Positions 31,244-41,084 of a stretch of 64,000 bases of DNA are shown one piece after another. The stretch covers positions 288,001-352,000 of the forward strand of contig CBDHDG010000004.1 of assembly GCA_965261595.1 (NCBI GenBank). Reading direction: 5' to 3'. Source of the DNA: a bacterium. GTDB lineage: Bacteria > UBA8248 > JACPRG01 > G963555815. The notes below the pieces were generated by a model, which saw only the letters and a program-made list of their open reading frames with translations, ran no database searches and was not told the origin of the DNA. Position 1 is the stretch's first letter. Each line of letters begins with the position of its first letter. Made by a program: the position numbers and the translations under genes.

Positions 31244-32590
31244 GTGAGCCCAAAGGGACAAGCAGAATCCGTTTACTTCGAGCCGGAGATAGAAACGGCG
31301 TCGCGCGAAACGATGCGGCGGATTCAAGAGGAAAAATTCCTGGAGCAGGTCCGCCACGCCTACGCGAACTCCCCCTTCTATCGGAAGAAGATGGACGGGG
31401 CCGGGGTGGAACCGGAAGACGTCCGCTCCCTGGACGACATCGGCAAGCTCCCCTTCACCACCAAGGATGAGCTCAAGGCCGATCAGGCCGAACATCCCCC
31501 CTGGGGGAGCATCCTGGCGGTTCCGTTCGAGGACTGCCTGCGCGTTCATTCGACCTCGGCCACAACGGGCCGCCCGGTCATGTACCTGGACACCGCGTCG
31601 GACTGGGAGGGGTTTTACCGGAGTTACGCCCGGAGCCTGTACGGGATGGGCATCCGCAAGTCCGACATGGTGATGTGCGCCTTCAGCTACGGTCCCTGGA
31701 TCGGATTTTGGGCGGGGTTCTACGCGGCCCAAACCCTCGGCTGCCTCCTGTTCCCGGCGGGCGGATTCACGACCGAGCAGCGGATCGACGCCCTCCTGGC
31801 CTATCCGATCACGGTCCTGGGCTCCACGCCCTCTTACGCCCTGTACATGGCGGAGGAGGCCAAGAAGCGCGGAATCGACCTTGCCAAGGATTCCAAGATC
31901 CGCATCACCTGGCACACGGGCGAGCCGGGCGCGTCCATCCCGGCCACAAAGAAAAAGATCGAAGGGGCCTTCGGGGCGGAGGTGTTCGACCTCCCCGGCC
32001 TCACCGAGCTGGCCGCCTGGGGGTTCTCGTGCACGGAGCACTCGGGGATCGTCCACGTCCACGAGGACTACTGCCTTCCGGAGGTCCTGGACCTGGAATC
32101 CGGTGATCCCGTCGGCCCGGGCGAGGAGGGCGAGCTGGTCTTCACCAGCCTGTACCGCAAGGCCATGCCCCTGCTCCGCTACCGGACGCGGGACGTCATC
32201 AAAGTGGCCGACCGGGCCTGCCCATGCGGCCGGACGCTCTTCTCCATCGAGGGGGGGGTTCTGGCGCGGCTCGACGACATGAAGAAGATCCGTGGGGTCA
32301 TCGTCTACCCGAAGCGAATCGAGGAGATCGTCCGGACCTTCCCGGAGATGGACGAGTTCATGGTGCACCTCAGGAGGAAAGAGGGCCTGGACGAGATCAC
32401 CGTCGAGATCGACCCTTCGCTCGAGGTCTCCAAGGAAACGTATCCGGGCCTGAAGGAGAAGATGGAGTCGGAGCTGAGACTGGGCCTCGGCATCCGCGCA
32501 AGCGTGGAGATCGTCGAGTCCGGCGCCCTCCCCCGCTGGGACCACAAGGCCCGCCGCGTCAAGGACGAGCGGGAGGAAGTGCCGTTTTGA
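31244..32590 (+). CDS. Phenylacetate-CoA ligase (PaaK) family protein
   Basis: LPFTTKDEL, HSTSATTGRP, TGEPG, PLLRYRTRD, RLDDMKKIRGVIVYP, KARRVKDER; GTG start assumed. Confidence 0.88.
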   Translation: MSPKGQAESVYFEPEIETASRETMRRIQEEKFLEQVRHAYANSPFYRKKMDGAGVEPEDVRSLDDIGKLPFTTKDELKADQAEHPPWGSILAVPFEDCLRVHSTSATTGRPVMYLDTASDWEGFYRSYARSLYGMGIRKSDMVMCAFSYGPWIGFWAGFYAAQTLGCLLFPAGGFTTEQRIDALLAYPITVLGSTPSYALYMAEEAKKRGIDLAKDSKIRITWHTGEPGASIPATKKKIEGAFGAEVFDLPGLTELAAWGFSCTEHSGIVHVHEDYCLPEVLDLESGDPVGPGEEGELVFTSLYRKAMPLLRYRTRDVIKVADRACPCGRTLFSIEGGVLARLDDMKKIRGVIVYPKRIEEIVRTFPEMDEFMVHLRRKEGLDEITVEIDPSLEVSKETYPGLKEKMESELRLGLGIRASVEIVESGALPRWDHKARRVKDEREEVPF

Positions 32591-32681
32591 GTCGGACAAT
32601 CGATTGTCGCCCGGATCAAGGAGGAGACGCCGCCGCCGGCTTGCCTGCCGGCGCCTTCTCCGAACCATTGGAGTCATTTAA

Positions 32682-33710
32682 ATGAAAGCCGCAATCTTCC
32701 ACGAGCACGGGGGCCCCGAAAAGCTCCTCTATGAAGACCACGAGACCCCGAAGGCCGGGCCGGGCGACGCCGTCGTCCAGGTCAGGGCCTGCGGGATGAA
32801 CCACGTGGATCTCCTCCTCCTGGACGGCCGGTATCCCCCCCCCGGCGGCCTCCCCCACATCAACGGGTGCGAAGTGGTGGGGACGGTTGCCGAGGCGGCC
32901 GAAGGCGTCTCGAACGTGAAGGCCGGGGACCGGGTCATTGTCTTCCCCGGCTTCTCGTGCGGAACCTGCGAGTATTGCCTGAGCGGCGAGCGGACGGTCT
33001 GTCTGAAGTACGGGTACCTGGGCGCGGCGCGCAACGGCGGCTATGCCGAGTGCGTCAAGGTCCCAGCCGCGAACTGCCTCCCGCTGGCGGAGTCCGTTTC
33101 CGACGCCGACGGCGCGGCCATCCCCCTGGCCTTTTTGACCTCGTGGCACGCCCTGATCGCCCAGGCGCGGCTTCAGCCGGGCGAGTGGGTCCTGGTTCAG
33201 GCGGGCGGCAGCGGCGTGGGCAGCTCGGCCATCCAGATCGCCAAGCTCGTCGGGGCGCACGTCATCACGACCGTCGGGACGGACGAGAAGGCGGACTTCG
33301 CCCGCGAAATCGGCGCCGACCACGTCATCAACTACAAGACTCAGGATTTTGCGAAAGAGACGCGGCGGATCACGGCCAAGCGCGGCGTGGACGTCCTGAT
33401 CGAGCACATCGGCGACGAGACGTTCGAAAAAAGCATCTACTGCCTGAACCGCCTGGGCAGGCTCGTCACCATCGGCTCCCACGCCAACCACTGGACCCGG
33501 ATCGACCTGCGGCACGTCTACATGAAAAACCTGAGAATCTTCGGGACGAACCTCGGCGCCATCACCGAGCTCAAGACGATCCTGGAATTTCTTGAAGCGG
33601 GCGCCCTCAAGGCCGTCGTGGACAAGACGTTCCCGCTCTCGGACGCCGCCGAGGCGACGCGGTATCTGCTGGACCGGAAGAACAAGGGGAAGGTGATCCT
33701 GGTTCCGTAG
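32682..33710 (+). CDS. Zinc-binding medium-chain dehydrogenase/reductase
   Basis: Structural Zn motif CGTCEYC-x7-C, QAGGSGVG nucleotide motif, GKVILVP; catalytic-Zn Cys/His replaced (NHVD, GCE). Confidence 0.88.
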   Translation: MKAAIFHEHGGPEKLLYEDHETPKAGPGDAVVQVRACGMNHVDLLLLDGRYPPPGGLPHINGCEVVGTVAEAAEGVSNVKAGDRVIVFPGFSCGTCEYCLSGERTVCLKYGYLGAARNGGYAECVKVPAANCLPLAESVSDADGAAIPLAFLTSWHALIAQARLQPGEWVLVQAGGSGVGSSAIQIAKLVGAHVITTVGTDEKADFAREIGADHVINYKTQDFAKETRRITAKRGVDVLIEHIGDETFEKSIYCLNRLGRLVTIGSHANHWTRIDLRHVYMKNLRIFGTNLGAITELKTILEFLEAGALKAVVDKTFPLSDAAEATRYLLDRKNKGKVILVP

Positions 33711-33782
33711 GCGGCGGGCAGCGCCGGAGGACGATCCAACTTTGTGGTCTTGCCCGCGCGGCCGTAACGTTGGGTCTCTTCC

Positions 33783-34475
33783 TCAATCCCAATCAAGACG
33801 CGGAATGTAACCCTCATCTTCAGGAAAAGACTTTGCGGGAGACAAACCCTCCGCCCGCTTGTGCATCTGGATCGTCTTCAGGTGGACGTACGCTTCCCAG
33901 GGGTAGTGGCGGAAGGTGGACTCCAAGGTCTGGTGGAAGACGTCGGGATCCTCCTCGTCCTTCCACATCTCTCCCGGATGGGCGGGCATGACGAGGTTTT
34001 CAAGGTAATCGCGCACGCTCTCGCCCGTCGGCCAGGCCCGGTCCGGGGGCACGGTCCGGCGCAGGATCTTTTTCCGCAATGATCCCAACGTCTCCCCTTC
34101 CAGGATCTCCCGAGCCAAGGCGCAGGAATCCTCGAAGGCGGTGAAGATGTCCTCCATCGCGTGAAACTTCTTCGGGTCGAGCATCCGGTCCGCCCCCTCC
34201 GCCTCCTCCTCCCCGCCCGCTTTGAGGAGCGATGGGTCTCTCGGAAGGTTTTCGCCGAAGAGGGTCTTTCCCCAAAATCCAAGGAACAACAGATACGGTA
34301 TCCACGCCGCGTGGCTGACCTGCTCGCGAATGGACCAGCGTCCCCAGCCCTTGTCCATCCGGCGGCGGTCAAGCTGCAACTCCGTCAGACCGCGCACCTC
34401 CTGCCTGAACAATCCCGGGAGCGTGGAATACTCGGGGAACACCTCGAGGCCCGGCATGGCGAGGTCTTCACTCAT
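33783..34475 (-). CDS. DinB superfamily-like protein
   Basis: WSIREQVSH and C-terminal RH-x6-HLKTI pattern. Confidence 0.65.
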   Translation of the reverse strand: MSEDLAMPGLEVFPEYSTLPGLFRQEVRGLTELQLDRRRMDKGWGRWSIREQVSHAAWIPYLLFLGFWGKTLFGENLPRDPSLLKAGGEEEAEGADRMLDPKKFHAMEDIFTAFEDSCALAREILEGETLGSLRKKILRRTVPPDRAWPTGESVRDYLENLVMPAHPGEMWKDEEDPDVFHQTLESTFRHYPWEAYVHLKTIQMHKRAEGLSPAKSFPEDEGYIPRLDWD

Positions 34476-34551
34476 CGATTCAAACCCTTTTATTGATCCA
34501 CCGATTTCATCAATGGGGAAAATCCAGAAATGCCAAAAATCTTTTAAACCT

Positions 34552-34626
34552 TTTTATCCACAGATTACACAGAGGGAAACCCAAGACAAAAAAATCTGTG
34601 CGAATCTGTGTAATCTGTGGATAAAA
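34552..34626. repeat. Perfect 22-bp inverted repeat built from AATCTGTG units
   Basis: ttttatccacagattacacaga ... tctgtgtaatctgtggataaaa in an AT-rich intergenic spacer. Confidence 0.9.
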
Positions 34627-34658
34627 TGCCTTTTCTTTAAGCCGTTTCAATCTGTGGA

Positions 34659-35696
34659 TCATCTCCTCCGAACACGCGGGATGACCTCTTCGGCTATCAG
34701 TCGGATCTCCGATTCCAGGTCGCCGCCGGGGGGGACCAATGCCCAAAAACCGAAGCGCCGGACGCCGATGTCCGCTATCTTCCCAATTTGCGAGGCCACG
34801 TCCTCCGGCGTCCCGGCCCAGGCGAAGGCGTCCACAAACTCCTCGGGCGCCAAGGGTCCGGCCTCGTACATGAGCTCGTAATCGCGCTTGGCGATCATCT
34901 CCTCCAGGGCGCCCGGAACCTCCAGGCCGCACCGGGTGACGAATTCCCGGTTGGGATAGCTGGACCAGAGGAGGAAGGCAATCATCTGCTTCACCCCCTC
35001 GCGGGCCTTCTCCCGGTCCGGATGGACGCACGTGTCCACGCGCGAGATGATCTCGATCTCCTCCATGCGCCGACCAGCCCGCTTCGCGCCTTCGGCCACG
35101 AGCCCAATGGCCCGATCCACGTCCTCGGCCCGGGCGAGGGTGGCGAGCATCGCGCCGTCCCCCGTCTCCCCGGCCAGGCGCAGGATCGCCCGGCCCCGCG
35201 TGGCGATGACGACGGGGATATCGGGCCGGGATTCATAGTGGAGCCGCCCGCCCTTGCAATGGACCACCTCGCCCTCGACCGTGACCGTCTCGCCGCGCCA
35301 CATCCCGCGCATGACCTCGACCGCCTCCCGGATGGCCCCCGCGGGTTTGGGACGCGCGACGCCCATCACGGGGAACCCGGCCCCGCCCGCGCCGATGCCC
35401 ATGACAACGCGCCCGCCCGAGATCTCGTCCACGGTCGAGACGGCCGCCGCCGAGATGCACGGATGGACGCTGTAGGGGTCCACCAGGGCCGCGCCGATGC
35501 CGATCCGATCGGTATGAACCGCCGTCAGCGTCATCGAGGCGATCATGTCCCACCCAAATTTTTCGTTCGAGTGCCAAAGCCGGTCGAAGCCGAGGTCTTC
35601 GGCCATCTTGATGATTCCAATCCGCCGCTCGACGGGATAAGACGAAACCGTCCGCGAGCTGAACCCCAGGTCGAAGGCTATGTCATCGCCTGCCAC
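34659..35696 (-). CDS. LLM-class (luciferase-like) oxidoreductase, Mer-like
   Basis: AEDLGFDRLW, DPYSVHP, DEISGGRVVMGIGAG, AWAGTPEDV. Confidence 0.88.
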   Translation of the reverse strand: MAGDDIAFDLGFSSRTVSSYPVERRIGIIKMAEDLGFDRLWHSNEKFGWDMIASMTLTAVHTDRIGIGAALVDPYSVHPCISAAAVSTVDEISGGRVVMGIGAGGAGFPVMGVARPKPAGAIREAVEVMRGMWRGETVTVEGEVVHCKGGRLHYESRPDIPVVIATRGRAILRLAGETGDGAMLATLARAEDVDRAIGLVAEGAKRAGRRMEEIEIISRVDTCVHPDREKAREGVKQMIAFLLWSSYPNREFVTRCGLEVPGALEEMIAKRDYELMYEAGPLAPEEFVDAFAWAGTPEDVASQIGKIADIGVRRFGFWALVPPGGDLESEIRLIAEEVIPRVRRR

Positions 35697-35733
35697 AAAT
35701 CATTCTCCAAAGAAGGGCGGGCGGGTGCGGGAG

Positions 35734-36750
35734 TCAACCGACTCTCGACCCGCCCCGGAACGGCCCGATGACCGCTTCGGCGAACCACGCCATCTGCTCG
35801 CGCATCTCTTCGACCGTGTGGGAAGGGAACTGGATCGCCGTGATCTGGTCCACGCCGGCCTCATCCAGAAACGCAAGCTGCTCCAGGACGCTGGCGGGGC
35901 TTCCGATCAGGTTGTTCGTCATGGCGAGAGCGGGATCGCGTCCGGAGTGCGCCAGCGATTTCCGGTGGGCGACCATCCCCGTCCTGCCGTACCCGGCCCG
36001 GGCCTCTTCGAGGGTTTTTCCAAGAAAGAGGGTCAACTGGACCGCCGCCTCCACCTCCGACGGCTCGCGCCCGGCCTCTTCGGTGAACTTCCGGAGCAGC
36101 GCCACGCGCTCCTTGATCTCCTCGAAGGGCCGCCAGCCCGGCAGCCAGCCCTGGCCGTGCTTCGCCGCGCGTCGGATGACGTCGGTGTTGTGGCCGCCCA
36201 CGTAGATCGGAAACGGGTCTTGAACGGGCTTGGGCCGCATGGCAATGTCCCGGAACGCGATGTGCTCGCCCTCGAAGCTCGCGTCCCGCTCGGTGAAAAG
36301 GATGCGCAGCGCCGCCAGCGATTCGTCCAGCAGGTCCCCCCGCCTCGCCCGGCCCAGCCTCGGACAGTTGGCGAGGAACTCCTCCCGGTAGGCCCCGATG
36401 CCGACGGCCAGCGTCAGCCGCCCGCCCGTAAGCCGGTCCAGCGTGGCCACCTGCTTCGCCAGCAGAACGGGGTCGCGCACCGGGACCATGATCACCGCCG
36501 TTCCCAGGCGAATCGTCTTCGTATGGGCGCCGACCGTCGCCAGGGTGATAAGGACCTCGTAGAAGTTGGGCGGGTCCGGGAACTCCTTCCTGACGTAAGG
36601 GACCGGTGTGATGTGGTCGTTGCCGAAAAGACCGTCATACCCCAGCCGCTCCGCGTCCCGCGCCAGCGTCACAAACTCCTCCGGCCGGGCGAAGGGAATG
36701 GGATTGACCAGCCCTTCCGTGCAGGTGGGCAACTGGACGCTGAATTTCAT
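35734..36750 (-). CDS. LLM-class, probably F420-dependent, oxidoreductase
   Basis: AERLGYDGLFGNDH, RDPVLLAKQVATLDRLTGGRL, PKPVQDPFPIYVGG. Confidence 0.88.
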   Translation of the reverse strand: MKFSVQLPTCTEGLVNPIPFARPEEFVTLARDAERLGYDGLFGNDHITPVPYVRKEFPDPPNFYEVLITLATVGAHTKTIRLGTAVIMVPVRDPVLLAKQVATLDRLTGGRLTLAVGIGAYREEFLANCPRLGRARRGDLLDESLAALRILFTERDASFEGEHIAFRDIAMRPKPVQDPFPIYVGGHNTDVIRRAAKHGQGWLPGWRPFEEIKERVALLRKFTEEAGREPSEVEAAVQLTLFLGKTLEEARAGYGRTGMVAHRKSLAHSGRDPALAMTNNLIGSPASVLEQLAFLDEAGVDQITAIQFPSHTVEEMREQMAWFAEAVIGPFRGGSRVG

Positions 36751-36800
36751 TTCACAACCTCATGTCACACGCGGGTCGGATGACGGGCGATTTGAGCGCG

Positions 36801-38069
36801 TCAGGTTTTGTAGCCGTAAGCGTCGCTCAGCGCGCCCATCAGCGCCCCGAGATCCCCCCCCCCCCGCACAACGGGGACATCGCCCAGGCGCCCCTCCGTC
36901 GCCGCCGGGTCCTTGAGGCCGGTGGCCGTCAGGACGGCGACGACGGTGTCGCCCTCCCGGATCCGGCCTTCCGATCTCAGGTCCCGAATCGCCGCCAGCG
37001 CCGCCAGGGAAGAAGGCTCCGCGTAAATCCCCTCCCGCGCGCCCAACTCCGCCTGAAGCGAGAGGAGGTCTTCATTCTTCGCGGTCGAGGCCAGGCCGTC
37101 CGACGCCCTCAGCGCGTGAAGCGCCTGATAGGTGCTTTGGGCGACGTTGATGGACCCGGCCGCCGACGGCGAGGGCGGGGTCCGCGAGGGGATGGCGTCG
37201 ACGCCATCCCGCAGCGCGGCCTCCAGGGAGCCCGCCGTCTCGCCCGCGACCATCCTGGGTCGAGAGGTGATGAACCCCATGTCCGCGAACTCGCGGAACC
37301 CCTTCCAGACTCCGAAAATCGCGTCCCCGTAAGCCACTGGAAAGACACAGAACTCCGGGGCGCGCCAATCGAGCTGCTCGCAGACCTCATAGGCGATCGT
37401 CTTGTAACCGTCCACGCCATAGCAATTGCTCCCGATGGGCGGACCGAAGAAGGGCGAGGTCGGATACCACCCCAAGTCGCGGATGGCCGCCTGGAGAAGC
37501 GTCCACCGGTCCTCCTTTTTCTCGGTCGCGACGGCCATCGCGCCGTAGGATCGGATCTGCGTCACCATCGCCGACGCGGCCCCCTTCACCGTCAGGACCA
37601 CGCACGGCAGGCCCTGCCGGGCAGAATAGGCCGCCGCCGCCGCGCCCGCGTTCCCCGTCGAGCTGACCCCCACCGTCTTGGCCCCGAACCGCTCCGCCAT
37701 GCCGAGGGCCGTGACCGCCAGCCGGTCCTTGAACGACCCGGTGGGGTTGCGGGACTCGTCCTTGAGATAAAGCCCGGGAACGCCGATGCGCGCGCCCAGG
37801 CTCGGGCAATGGAGGAGGGGCGTTATCCCCTCGTCCAGCGAGGCGACATCATCCAAATCGGCGGGCAGGAACTCGTGATACCGCCACATGTTGAGGGGGC
37901 GATCGGCCAGAGTCTCTTTGCGGAAAGCGCTTCGAATGCCCGCGTAATCGTACGCGGGGGTGAGGTTCGACGGGGCCTCGGCGGCGCAGTGGGGGCAGCC
38001 GTCGAATCGGGGCGCCACCGGAAAAGAAGCGTCGCATCGGATGCATTTCAGGCCGGTCAGGAAACTCAC
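36801..38069 (-). CDS. Threonine synthase-like PLP enzyme
   Basis: N-terminal CxxC...CxxC, KDESRNPTGSFKDR (PLP Lys), SSTGNAG, GYKTIAYE, AEPSS, TATGLKD. Confidence 0.88.
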   Translation of the reverse strand: MSFLTGLKCIRCDASFPVAPRFDGCPHCAAEAPSNLTPAYDYAGIRSAFRKETLADRPLNMWRYHEFLPADLDDVASLDEGITPLLHCPSLGARIGVPGLYLKDESRNPTGSFKDRLAVTALGMAERFGAKTVGVSSTGNAGAAAAAYSARQGLPCVVLTVKGAASAMVTQIRSYGAMAVATEKKEDRWTLLQAAIRDLGWYPTSPFFGPPIGSNCYGVDGYKTIAYEVCEQLDWRAPEFCVFPVAYGDAIFGVWKGFREFADMGFITSRPRMVAGETAGSLEAALRDGVDAIPSRTPPSPSAAGSINVAQSTYQALHALRASDGLASTAKNEDLLSLQAELGAREGIYAEPSSLAALAAIRDLRSEGRIREGDTVVAVLTATGLKDPAATEGRLGDVPVVRGGGDLGALMGALSDAYGYKT

Positions 38070-38087
38070 GATCGCGTGTCCGGGCGG

Positions 38088-39272
38088 TCAGGGTTCGAGG
38101 ATTTCGAGGTTCCGGCTCATCGCCGTCCATCGCCGGCAGCCATCCTCGGTGACGAGGACCGTATCTTCCACCTGGAGACCGCCCATGCCGAGCTCGTAGT
38201 AAGGGGCCTCGACGGCGAGGACCATGCCGGGCTCGAGCGGCGCATGGTCACCGGGCGCCAGGCGGGGGCCGTCGTACCCGCCCAGCGCCAGTCCCATTCC
38301 GTGGCCGACGTGCTGGCGGTTGTAATGGGGAATCCCACGCCGGCGGACTTCCTGGACTGTGGCGTTGAAAATCTCGTCTCCCGTCGCGCCCGGCCCGACC
38401 ATCCCCAAGGCCCGATCCTGTCCGGCGAGGAGGGCGTCGTAGTAGCCCGCGGCCTTGTCCGCGGACTTTCCCAATGAGAAGGTCCGCGCGGTGTCCGAGA
38501 GATAGCCCCGGTAGACGCAGCCCACGTCGAAGCGGATCAGGTCCCCCTTCGCAAGCTTGTCCTCGGGGAAGTTGTACATCCCCAAGGCCCCGCTCCTTCC
38601 GAAACCCACGTGGGCCATGTTGGGGCGCCCGTCCCGCTTGAGCTGACCCACCTCGAAGGCCAAGGCCATCTCTCTTTCCCCCAAGCCCTCCCTCGCCAAC
38701 AAGACCGCCTCGGTGATGGCTGCCTCGGTGATGCCGACGGCCTTCTCAAGGCGCTCGATCTCAAGGGGGGTCTTGATCATCCGAATCTCGCGGAAGACGG
38801 CCATCGCCGGCTGAAGGGCAAGGCCGGGCAATTCCCGCTCGATCTTCGGGACGAGCGCCGGGTCGAGACCCCGCTCGTCGTACCCCACCGTCCCCTTACC
38901 CAGCCCGGCCGAGGCAAGAATCGAGACGACGCCCTCCAGGAATGAGCCCACCGGCTCCAGGTCGATCCCCAGGGCCTTGATCCGCTCCTCCCGCCCGGTG
39001 AGGGCGGCCGTCTCGTCCAGCTCCCGGTAGAACGTTCCGTACGTCGCGACGCCGGCGGGGCGGACGGGGGAGTCTTCCAGGTAGTCCACCTCGCTGCGGG
39101 GGATCGCCACCCAGGGGCGATCCAGGCCTTTCAAGGGAGCGGCGGCGGCCAGGTCGCCCTGCCTCCACACGCCGGAAAGGTAGAATACGTTCGGGATGTT
39201 CGTCGCGGCCAGAAGCCCGTCCAGACCTTTTTCGGACAGGACCCTCTGAGCGCGGGGGACGTTGATGATCAC
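38088..39272 (-). CDS. M24 Xaa-Pro peptidase family hydrolase, metal ligands intact
   Basis: RMIKTPLEI, RFDVG, SDTART, HVGHGMG, AVEAP, QVEDT. Confidence 0.88.
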   Translation of the reverse strand: MIINVPRAQRVLSEKGLDGLLAATNIPNVFYLSGVWRQGDLAAAAPLKGLDRPWVAIPRSEVDYLEDSPVRPAGVATYGTFYRELDETAALTGREERIKALGIDLEPVGSFLEGVVSILASAGLGKGTVGYDERGLDPALVPKIERELPGLALQPAMAVFREIRMIKTPLEIERLEKAVGITEAAITEAVLLAREGLGEREMALAFEVGQLKRDGRPNMAHVGFGRSGALGMYNFPEDKLAKGDLIRFDVGCVYRGYLSDTARTFSLGKSADKAAGYYDALLAGQDRALGMVGPGATGDEIFNATVQEVRRRGIPHYNRQHVGHGMGLALGGYDGPRLAPGDHAPLEPGMVLAVEAPYYELGMGGLQVEDTVLVTEDGCRRWTAMSRNLEILEP

Positions 39273-39509
39273 GCTACGCCCACTCCGTTCCGCCTTGGAT
39301 TTTCGAAAGATTCCGACGGAGGATTATAGATGAGTTTGATTCAAATTAGCCAATCGAGAGAACATTCGGCGCCGGCGCCGGGCAGCCGGCGGTCTTCCAT
39401 GTCACAAATTCGTTTTCACCGCTTGAAAGGTTCGCACTTGTCCGGTTAAACGGCCATCAGGACGCTCCAACATCGAGGCTCAAATCGATCCCCCCCCTCC
39501 CCCGCCGGC

Positions 39510-40819
39510 TCACCTGGGAGGCCTTTCGTAAACCAACCGGTGGTATTTCCACTCCCCCCAATTTTTCTCGTGCTTTTTGTAAACGTCTTGGGCCTCTTCA
39601 TGGCTCAGGAGAAATGTTCGTGCATCTTCATGGCTCAGGAGAAATGTTCGTGCATCCCACAGCTCCGGAAACACCCTTTTGGCCAATGTCTTTTGCAGAT
39701 AGGGAATTCCGGATCCCTCTTCTCCGTGAGTTGAAATCCGGCCTCCACCGAGCACCCGAGCGACCATCGCGATATGCCGGTCACGAAAGTTCGAAAAGGC
39801 TTGGTCCAGTACAAGCAAGGCCTCAATGAGTGAAGCGGGCCAGGCCAATAGGGGTTGATCGGAAAATTGCAAAGTAAAAACGATTGCGCATCGGTATCGC
39901 TTCCGGAAGTACAAGTCAATTTTGCGACTCGCTTCGGCCTTCAGCCTTTTCCCATGATCCCCATGTACCTTTCCCAGCCCGCCCAGTTTCTTCAAATCAT
40001 TGGAATAGGCTTTGAGATAGATCTCCTGAAATCTCGCCGAGAAGAGGAGACTATGGCTTTTACGCGGCGGCGTCTTTCCTCCCGGGGATGGAAAAACCGC
40101 ACGATCCAGCCACTCAACGACTGTCGAACGAAGCGTTCCATTTTGGTCCAGGTCTCTGAGACGATTTTTCAAGGCATGGTTCCTGGACTTCAATTCGGGC
40201 GGCAGGATGTCAAGATTTTCAATCATATTCTTGCATGTCTTTCGATAATCCAGTAGAGACTGAAATTCCTGCTCATCACGAGTCGGGTAAACAACCTCAT
40301 TTCGTGTCCGTGATCCTTCCTTATCGTTTTTGGGAGCCTTTCCCCTCGGCAGTCTTTTCTTCTCTTCCATCAACCCTTTTTCGAACTCAACTTTCCCTGA
40401 TACATATTTCTCCAGTTTCGGATCCCGGAAACCATCAACCATTCGACTTCCAGAAATCTGTAGGAATCCCTCCCGCTGCCCCCGAATAATTGACTCCTAA
40501 AATCATAAAAGCTCGTGGTTTGCAGGGTTTCCAATAATGGAAGATGGTCCCGAACCAGATTGAAGATTTCCGCCGCGCGTCGCACATGCTGTTCGATCGG
40601 TGGAATGTCATGTTCGGGAACATAATCAGACGAAAGTAATGTGCGCGCGAACTCCAGCTCGTCCAGGATTTGTGCAAACCAGATTTCAAAGGCCTGATGC
40701 GTGCGAATGAAGAACTTCTCGTCGGGATCTTTTTTCCTTCTCCCCTTTGGCTTCACAAGGGGAAGCCGGTCAGGGAAAATATAACCATCATAAGTGTTGG
40801 GCTTATTTTTAGAAGCCAT
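39510..40819 (-). pseudogene. Tryptophan 2,3-dioxygenase-like heme protein, -1 frameshift at about 40432
   Basis: DEKFFIRTHQAFEIWF, LETL..SFYDFR, FRDRHIAMVARVLG, YLQKTL..VFPELWDART; one added G (ATG G[G]T TTC) joins the two ORFs into 436 aa. Confidence 0.8.
39595..39656. repeat. Exact 30-bp tandem duplication inside the TDO-like gene
   Basis: tcttcatggctcaggagaaatgttcgtgca x2; encodes DARTFLLSHE twice. Confidence 0.95.
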
Positions 40820-41084
40820 TTCTCTTTCCTTCAGTAAGGAAAGACATGCTTGAGCCCAAGCGATGAGCCGTCTTCAGGATCCCCGCAAGACGGCAAACCC
40901 TCCCAGGCGACGCAGAGCCAAAGTTGGAGGCACGTCCTACATTCGACGCTTCCCTTCGGGGCGCCGTCTCCCAATTCTTCCGGATTGTCCGCTACAATCA
41001 CCCCCTCGCCGATTTGAACCTTATCGGATAGAATAAGCTTAGGGGAGTGTCGAGAAACCTGGCTTGGGGGAAGGAGCGAAAAGA

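Noticed and set aside
39595..39656. 30-nt direct repeat as a CRISPR array
   Set aside because: Two adjacent copies, no spacer, inside a coding frame, no cas genes
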